64,000 nt of DNA, from the NCBI GenBank assembly GCA_028717885.1, contig JAQUMX010000004.1, positions 2,145 to 66,144 on the forward strand, given 5' to 3'. This DNA is from Candidatus Omnitrophota bacterium (lineage in GTDB: Bacteria; Omnitrophota; Gorgyraeia; Gygaellales; Profunditerraquicolaceae). Every line of letters begins with the position of its first letter. The stretch's first letter is position 1. The notes under the pieces are model-generated. The model was not told the origin of the DNA. It searched no databases and worked only from the letters and a program-made list of their open reading frames with translations. Positions 1 to 9,000 of this stretch are shown piece after piece. A program made the position numbers and the translations under genes.

Positions 1-3000
1 TTCCGCGATAGGCATAAACGCGATATTCGTAGGCGGATAATTCCGTAAGGTCTGTACTGGCGTCCAAATAAGTTTTAACATTCGCTGCGACGGTACCTAT
101 AGACTGAAAAGCAGCGCTACCCTTACGGCGTTCAATCTTAAACCCGTTTTCATCGGCTGAGTTATCCAACCAGCTCAAAGAAACCTGCGCTATTTTAGCA
201 TCAGCAATAGCAGAAAGATTAGAAGGCGCGGCCGGGCCATCCGCAGGCGTAGTTGCATTCACCTCCTGGGAATAAGGCGAATCTCCGTTTGCATTATGGC
301 AACGCAACCTGTAATAATATTTGGTATTGGCAGACAAGCTGCTGTCATTGTATGTTTGCGTTTCTCCGGCTACCGCTATACTCTCAATTTGAGCATATGC
401 GCTTGATTCAGTGCGCCGTTCAATACGTACTTCAGGAACTGAAACGAAGGTATTATTCTTCCAGCTCAGCTTTAAAGCCTGGCTATTGACAGCCGAAAGA
501 TTTAAATTTGTCGGCGCAACCAAAGGAAAAATAACCGAGGCTTCATTTGAATAAGCTGACCTATTTGCAGCATTGTAAGCCAGGACGCGGAATGTACAAG
601 CCACACCCGGCTGATAGCCTGTGGTAATATAGTTAGTTTTATTAGGCTGCGGCCAATTAACCAACTCTATAAACTGCGTAAACCCCGAAGGTTTTTCTTC
701 GATAATAAAACCTGCCTCATTATCCGCATTATCATCCCAAGTTAATCTTACTTCTCCCGGAGTACCGGTAAGCTCGGCCCTGAGATTCGTTGGTGCAGCC
801 AATTGCTTACGCACGTCGAGAGTATAACGTACGGTAGCTACTTCGATTTCCGGCTTTCCGGAAATCGATTCGAATACTTTTCCTGTACCGGCATAAATTC
901 CTGCTGGCCTGCCATTCCAACAAAATGTCTTTACAGTATAGGATGCACCGGCATTGATTCCGCCAGTTGACCATTGAAAACCAAAATCTGTGGCTGTTAC
1001 AGACTGAGCAGCTCCTCCCGGAGGAGTAAAAGTAGCATCATTATTTGCGCTTACCCTAAAACCGGTAAGCGAACCATTGTTGGTAATAATAAACCCGGTT
1101 CCGTAAGTATATAGCGTAGTATCGCTGCCCAACTGCAAAACCTCTGATACCGCGGTAGCTGAGACCTGCAATGCAGACAAAGTATGAATCTGCAGAACAT
1201 TACTATAAGCAGAATCTCCGGATTCGTTAAAAGCTTTGATCCGATAATAATAGGTCATGCCACTGGCTAAGTCTTTGTCTTCATAAGCCGTCGTATTCGC
1301 TCCTAAATTAGCTATCTGGGTAAAACCGTTTGCTTGTGCGGCGCTACGCTCCAGCTTAAACCCGTTTTCATTATTTGCATTATCCGTCCAGCTTAAGTTT
1401 ATCTGGTTCACCAGCGCAGAACTGGCAACAAGATTGCTCGGTGCGGCTGCAGGCAAAGGCATAGTTACAGAAACCTCGTTGGAATAACCGGAATCTCCCG
1501 TATCATTAGTCGCACGGATACGATAATAATATTTTGTGCCAGGAGTTAAATTAGTATCACTGTAAGTTGTTGGCTCAATTTCCGGCATAGCAATCTGGCT
1601 ATACGCGGTGTTATCGGTTTTTCGTTCCAGCTTGAACTTGGTTAAATTATTGGCATTATTCACCCAAGTTAGATTGATTTGCGTGCCGGAAATAACAGTA
1701 GCTGTAAGGTCGCTGGGCGCGGCCAAAATACCTACGTAGGAAACATTAGAATATCCGGAAAAATTTACACCCTTATAGGCGCGGATAACGAAATAATAAG
1801 TCGTGCCCGCGGAAAAATTACTTGTACGGGTAAAAGTAGTGGCGTTGGCCGGGACAGTTTCCACATCATAGAAAGGCCCGGTTGATTTAGTACCCTCTCC
1901 TATCTTAAAACCATCCTCGTTATTAGAATTATCCTGCCAAGTGAATCTTACCTGGTTACTGGAAATTGCGGCTGCAGTTAAGTTTCCCGGTATGGCAGGG
2001 ATTGGTGGATCCATTACTACTGCAATAGTATTAGAAGCAACGGAGTAATTTGTGCCCTTATACGCTTTAACGTTATAGTAATAAGTACTGCCTGGATTAA
2101 AAGCAGTCAAATGCCTAAAACTCGTAGCGTTTGCCGACACTGTTTTTACATGCTCAAATGGGCCATTATTGCTGGTTGCCGTAAAGATTTCAAAGCCATC
2201 TTCATTATTGGAATTATCTATCCAGCTTAAATCGATTTCTCCGCTAGAGATTGCCGCTCCGGAAAGCCCGCTAGGAGCAATCGGCGCACCTTCCTCCACC
2301 ACAATACTAAAATGAATCGTAGCAATATCAATACGCACGTTATCTATATATTCCTGCAATTTATAGGAACCGGCATATCTGCCTGCGGCTTTATTGTTAT
2401 TGATATAACCGCGGACAGTAAGCGTATGCCCTGCGCTTAAACCGCCTGAAGCTTCATAAAATCCGAATCCCTGGATAAGGACGGATTGCGGTTGTCCTCC
2501 AGGAGATGTAAAGGTACCGTCCTGATTAGGCGTTAATAACCAAGTAGTCCCTCCAGTGCTGCAGACATTAGTGATTACAAAAGCGTTTGTATAAGTATAT
2601 TCACCAGGAGGGCCTTTCACTAATCTTAAGGCAACATCAGTTGCGGAAGCGGTGATGGCAAAAGTCCTGGCAGCAATCGGGCCCGCATAATCCGATTCCA
2701 CGCTGGAATTCAAAGCACAGATCTTATAATAATACTTAATGCCAGGATTTAATCCTGTATTGTTGTAGCTTCTGGCAGATGCGTTTGTTACGGTTACGAC
2801 ATCCGGGAAGGTTGATCCGTTAGTGCCGCGGATAACCTTAAAACCGGTTAAGTTTACGCCATTATGCTGCCAAGCCAAGTTAACCTGAGTAGTAGAAATA
2901 GTACTGCCTGTGAAGCTGGTAGGTACTGACGGTATAGGCGCAAATGTAGCGGCACTTGCTTCTACAACATCAGAATCGCCACCGGAATTACTAGCCTTTA

Positions 3001-6000
3001 ACCGATAATAGTAGGTGGTAGCTGCTGTAAGGTTAGCATCGGAATAGCTGGTAGTATTAGGCGGTAAAACTTTCAAAGCCGCGTATGCGCTATCGCTGGA
3101 CCTGCGTTCCAGCTTAAATTCAGATTCATTATCAGCATTATCATGCCAGCTTAAATCGATCTGATGCCCGGAAACAGCCTTGGCGTTAAAGCCACTGGGT
3201 GCTGCCGGCGGATTCATAAATGTAGTTGCACTGGCGATATTGGAATAAGCAGAATTACCCGCAGCATTAATAGCTCTAATCCGGTAATAATAAGTAGTGC
3301 CGCTTGAGGCTTTCTTATCCTCATAAACGGTCGTATTCTGCTCCAAGGAAACTATTTGTACAAAACCTTCGTTTTGCTTAGTGCTGCGCTCCAATTGAAA
3401 AGCAGCTTCATTATCCGAAGCATCTACCCACTCCAAATTTATCTGTGTAGTAGAAGCAGCTATTGCTGCCAGGTCCTTAGGCGCAGCCGGAGGATTGATC
3501 GGCGTCGTAACATTTACTTCCACGCTATCGGAATCACCGCTGGCGTTAGTAGCTCTCAAACGATAATAATACTTAGTGCCTTCACTAAGGTTAACATCAG
3601 AATGATTTTCTGTATTGGCTGCCAAAGTTTCCAGAAGGTTGTACGCTTCCCCTTCTTTCTTACGCTCTAATTTGAACCCGGTTTCATTGACGGCATTATC
3701 TGTCCATAACAAATCAATTTTTTCGGGGTTAACCGCCTGGCCGCTAAAACCTGTCGGAGCAGCGGGAATGCCGGGCTGTGTAGTTGCCTGTGCCCGGTTG
3801 GAAAATTCAGAATCTATCCATTGCTTGTGAGCAGCCACCTTATAATGATAGGTAGTCCCCGCACTAAGGTTAGTCTCCTGATAAGTAATATTATCCGCGC
3901 CTTGCACAGTAGCGATAATCTCATAGTTTCCTCCGGCAGTATCACTGCGGCCAATATGGAACCCTTCGGCAGTAGGCGCATTGTTTTGCCAACTTAAATC
4001 AATTGCGCTGCTGGACACGGTTCTCGCAATAAGATTGCTGGGTGCTGATAACAAGGTAATTGCTCCGGCATTATTAGAGTATTCGGAAAATGTATTACCG
4101 CGGCTGGCGCGCAGGCGGTAATCATAGGATTCGCCTTCGATGAGAGCATCGCTATCATCATAACTTCTTACCTCTGCACCTAAAGTTGCAATCTGGGTAA
4201 ATGTAACGCCTCCGGAAAGTTTACGTTCCAGCTTAAAACCATCGTGATCGCTTTGAACGGCATCATCCCAAGAAAGATTAATCTGCGATACAGATACTCC
4301 TTGCGCCTTGAGGTTAAACGGCGCAGGCGGCGGATTAATTAAAGTCATAGCATTCGCCGGTTCGGAGTAACCTGATTCCGCGGTCGAATTCAAAGCACAA
4401 ATTTTATAGTAATAGGCAGTCCCTTCTCCTAATCCTGTATTATGGTAACTTCTCTCCAGTGCGCTGTTTATTACAAAGGTATCCGGAAAATTTAACCCGT
4501 CCGTACCGCGGATAATTCTAAATCCGGTGACATTGACCCCGCTATGTTCCCAGTTTAAATCGATTTGAGAAGTATTTATCGCTGTAGCCTGTAAATTCTG
4601 CGGCACAGTCGGTACAGGTATAGGAGTCGTGGCATCCGCGGTATTTGAATAAGCAGAATCACCCGCAGAATTTGTAGCCCTGATCCTATAATAATACTTA
4701 GTGCCTTCGCTTAAATTTTCATCGGCAAAACCTGTAGCATTAGCTTGGGCAACTGCGATTTCCGCAAAATCACTTTGCTGTGTTCTACGTTCGATCTTAA
4801 AGCCGGTTTCATTAGAAGAACTATCCTGCCAATCTAAATTAATATGCTCAGAGTCAATGGCTGTGGCGGTTAGATTCTCTGGTGCCAAAGGAAGATTAAC
4901 CGGCGTGACCGCATCTGCGGTGTTCGAATTAGCGGAATCACCGACCAAATTAAATGCGCGCACACGGTAATGATACTTCGTCCCTTCGGCTACGCGCGTA
5001 TCGCTATAAACATATACATTGGCATTGACAATACGGATCTCTTCGAAATTTCCGCCTTCGATTTTACGCTCGATCTTAAAACCGGTTTCGTTATGAGAGT
5101 TATCCTGCCAATTAAGGTTAATTTGCATCAGAGGCAACTGCGCAGCCGAAGCCAAAAGCTGGCTGGGGGCTTCGGGGATTCCGGTAATTGTCGTAGCGCT
5201 GGCAATATTCGTATACGCGGAATTACCGGCATTATTATGAGCACGCACCCTGTAATAATATGTGGTGTCGGCGATCAATCCGGTATTACTGAATGTCTCA
5301 ACCCCTTTTGCAACTGTGCCGATTTGAACAAATTCATCATCAGGATTAATTTTACGTTCGATTTTATACCCGTCTTCATTTATGGAATTACGCACCCAAT
5401 AGAGCCTGATCTCGGTAGAAGATGCCGCAGCCGCAGCTAAAGCTGTAGGCGCAGCAGGAACCCCCTGAGGTGTAGTTGCGCTAGCAGTATTGGAATATTG
5501 CGAATCGCCAATCAGGTTCATTGCCCTGACGCGATAATAATACTTTGTTACCGGAGAAACCTGAGTATCGCTATAGGCATTCACATCCGCATTTACAATT
5601 TTAATTTCCACAAACTGAGAAGCTGACCCGTTTTCCTCAATAGCCCTCTCGATTTTAAAGCCGGTTTCATTATTCGAATTATCTGTCCACTTTAAATCGA
5701 TTTGTATTGGAGACTGCGCGGATGCGCCTAAATTACTGGGAGCTAAAGGAGAAGTCTGTGCCGTAGTAGCAACAGCAATATTAGTAAATGGGGAATTCCC
5801 AGCTGCGTTATAGGCAAAAACTCGGTAATAGTAAGCGGTATCAGCTATTAATTCCTTATTACTATAAGTTTCTACTCCCGCGCCGACTGTGGCAATCAGA
5901 TTGAAATTTCCTTCGGGAGTGAGGCTACGTTCGATCTTAAAGCCGGTTTCATTGGTTGAATTGCGTACCCAATATAGATTAATTTCGCTGGCCGATGCGG

Positions 6001-9000
6001 TAACTGCTGCCAAAGCCGTAGGGGCGTAAGGAATGGCCTGTACGGTAGTAGCGGAAACCTTATTAGAGTATTTCGAGTTCCCGATCAAATTAAATGCCCG
6101 TACCCTGTAATAGTATTTTGTCTGTTCGGATAATTGAGTATCACTATAGGTATTTTCCCCGGCATTAAGGATTCTGATTTCCGTGAAATTCCCTCCTTCA
6201 ATGCGGCGTTCGATTTTAAACCCTGTCTCATTATCGGAATTATCAACCCAGGCTAAATTAATTCCTGAGCTTGAAATTGCTGTAGCAACAAGCCCGCCCG
6301 GAGCCAGGGGGATCGCCGGATTAACGGGAGCTGTCCCGACATTGGTATATTCGGAATTTCCCGCATCGTTAAAAGCGCAAACCCTGTAATAATATGTGTT
6401 ATCCAAATTGATATTGGTATCATCGAAAATATTGGTGTTTGCAAAAGTAGTAGCAATCTGGGCAAAGCCGCTATCCGGATTAAGGCTACGCTCCACCTTG
6501 AACCCATCTTCATTATTGGCATTATCCACCCAGGTAATCCTGATTTGCGTTGCAGAACTAATACTGACGCCCAAAGCAGTCGGCGCAACCGGGGTACTTT
6601 GCGGCGTTTTAGCATTGACAGTATTGGAATAATCGGATTCCCCGACAGCGTTATATGCGCGTACCCGATAATAGAACCTAGTATTCGGGCTGATACCTAT
6701 ATCCTGGAAGTTAACCACATCTGCATTCACGATCGCGATTACCGCAAATTCCTCTCCTTCTAAATGGCGCTCGACCCAGAAACCTGCTTCATTATTAGCA
6801 TTGTCTTTCCAATTTAAATCGACCTCGCTGGCAGAAACTGCCGAAGCGGTAAGGCCGCTTGGCGCACCAGGAGCGGTATTATACGTAGAGGTTCCGTTAA
6901 TATTGCTGTATCCTGAATCCCCCGCGCTATTATAGGCACGCACGCGATAATAATATGCCGTATTAGACGATAAATCCTTGTCATTATAGTTGGAGATATC
7001 CGCCCCTAGCGTAGTAATTTGCTGGAATTCCGTATCGGGCTTGAGGCTGCGTTCGATTTTAAAACCCTCTTCATTATTAGCATTATCCACCCAGGTAAGG
7101 CCGATCTCTGTCGTAGAAACCGGATACACGCCTAAAGCCGTAGGAGCATAAGGCACGATTTGTGGTGTAGTAGCATCGGCAATATTCGAATAAGGCGATT
7201 CCCCTGCTATATTATAAGCACGCACGCGATAATAGAATTTAGCCAAGGGGCTTAATCCGGTATCGCTGTACCTGTTCTGGCCGGCGCCCACGATGTAAAC
7301 TACGTCAAATTCTGTGCCTTCCATCCGGCGCTCAATCATAAAACCGACTTCATTATGTGAATTATCTTCCCAGTTTAAGTCGATTTGCGTAGCTGAAGCA
7401 GCTACTGCGCTAAGGCCGCTCGGCGCATTAGGAATGCCGCTTGAGGTAGTAGCAGAAATAGTATTAGAGTATTCGGAATCCCCTAAATTATTGAACGCCC
7501 TGACACGAAAATAATATTTGGAATCCGGAGTTAAATTTGTATTCACATAATCCATAACATTGGGGGCAACTAGGCCGATCTGAACGAATTCATTATTTTC
7601 TGTACGGCGCTCGATCTTAAATCCATCTTCATCTTCGGAATTATCCACCCAGGTCAAGGAAATCTGCGTCGGAGAATTTACGCTTGCCCCCAAAGCTGTC
7701 GGGCCAGCGGGCACGCCTTTAGGGGTAGTGCCTTCAGCGATATTGGAATCAGCTGATACCGCTGTCTGATTATAAGCACGCACGCGATAGAAATACTTCG
7801 TGCTGGATTTAGCCTGCGCATCTTCAAAAGATAATGTTTTATTATTGACTGTCGCAATAGTTTTAAAATCGGTTTTTGCAGTACGGCGGTCGATTTTATA
7901 CCCAAGGATGTTTGCGGAAAGGGTAGAAACCGCCAAACCTGACCTGATCCTTGCATCACGAACCCCCTGTTTCCAATGCAACGTAATCCGCGAACTGGAA
8001 ACCACGGTGGCAGTAAGATTAGCCGGCGCGGGAATTGCTGAATCAACCGGGGTTTTTACGATTAAAGCATCTGACCTGCATTCCGTGTATAATTCTCCAT
8101 CGGGCGTGGCATAAACCCGGTAATGGTATTCTGTATTGCCTCTCACGGTTTTATCCGTATAGGAAAGTGCTGTTCTGGCTACTTTATCGTCGATAGTGAT
8201 ATACCCGGCATTCGGAGCCCGGGTAAGGTCTTTGCGCCGGATAATAAAATTCTTTAAGAGATCGCTATTAGGACGGTTAAAATCGTAAGCCCAATTGATA
8301 ATAGCTTCGTTTGCCATAATATTCGTGGCATTCAGATTTGTTGCCGGCGGAGGCAAAACTAAAGCTTCTACCGTAACTCTAATACCATTACTCTCTCCGG
8401 CAGCGTTAATTACCTTAACCAGCCCGGTAACAGCACCAGCCGGGACTTTGCAGGTAATCTCATTGTCTTTCCAGGCCACGATTTCACAGGTTGCCTTATT
8501 TTCAAAAATTACCCTGCCATTTTCTTGCATGCTCCCAAAATCCTTACCCTTAATCACCATCTCCGTTTCCGGATTCACGGTTTGCGGTTCAATACTATGC
8601 ACAACCGGGGCAAATGCGACTCTTCCCAGATAAATATTGTCCTTATCTCTCCAGGCAATCCGGTTACCGAAAATCTTCGGGTAGGAATAATTTCCGCTGG
8701 CCACTTTTACTTCCATATCCCTGGCAATGTCATAAAGGTAAATCCCTTCCCCTCTTACTTTATCATTACCCCAGGTAATTTTTCCCTGATCGATATCCAA
8801 GCCGGATGCATTACCTATATCTGCAGCAACCAGAGTTTCTTTTTTCGCAGCTAAATTATAAAGGTAAAGGTCGCTTATAGAATGGCGCAATGAACGGCGG
8901 AAATCTATCCAGATAATATCGTCTCCGGAAATTTGCGGGGAGTCCGAACTGTAGCGGCAGATTTGTTTTTTACTCTGATCGGTAAAATCATACAAATAAA

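Larger units (their letters stand above)
1..8345 (-). repeat. Array of >=27 fibronectin type III (FN3) modules, ~280 bp (~93 aa) period, inside the giant CDS
   Basis: Recurring module signature P.AP..L.A......I.L.W.DNS.NE.GFKIER......F..I......T.Y.D..L...T.YYYRVRA.N..G.S.YSN. The YYYRV core appears on the + strand as (a/c)cg(a/g)taataata near 25, 320, 590, 1245, 1520, 1790, 2075, 2730, 3010, 3285, 3570, 3845, 4120, 4410, 4690, 4970, 5255, 5535, 5825, 6105, 6385, 6668, 6948, 7230, 7508, 7785 and 8125. Confidence 0.85.

Noticed and set aside
6253-8046. Minus-strand ORFs 6253-6615 (120 aa) and 7678-8046 (122 aa)
   Set aside because: They are on the same strand as the giant gene but out of frame (10216-6615 and 10216-8046 both leave remainder 1). 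Their sequences have no domain character.
1-8345. A ~280-bp periodic repeat that might be taken for a CRISPR array or satellite DNA
   Set aside because: The period is far too long for CRISPR and there is no alternation of identical repeats with unique spacers. The units are diverged at DNA level and conserved at protein level in one frame, so these are coding FN3 modules.
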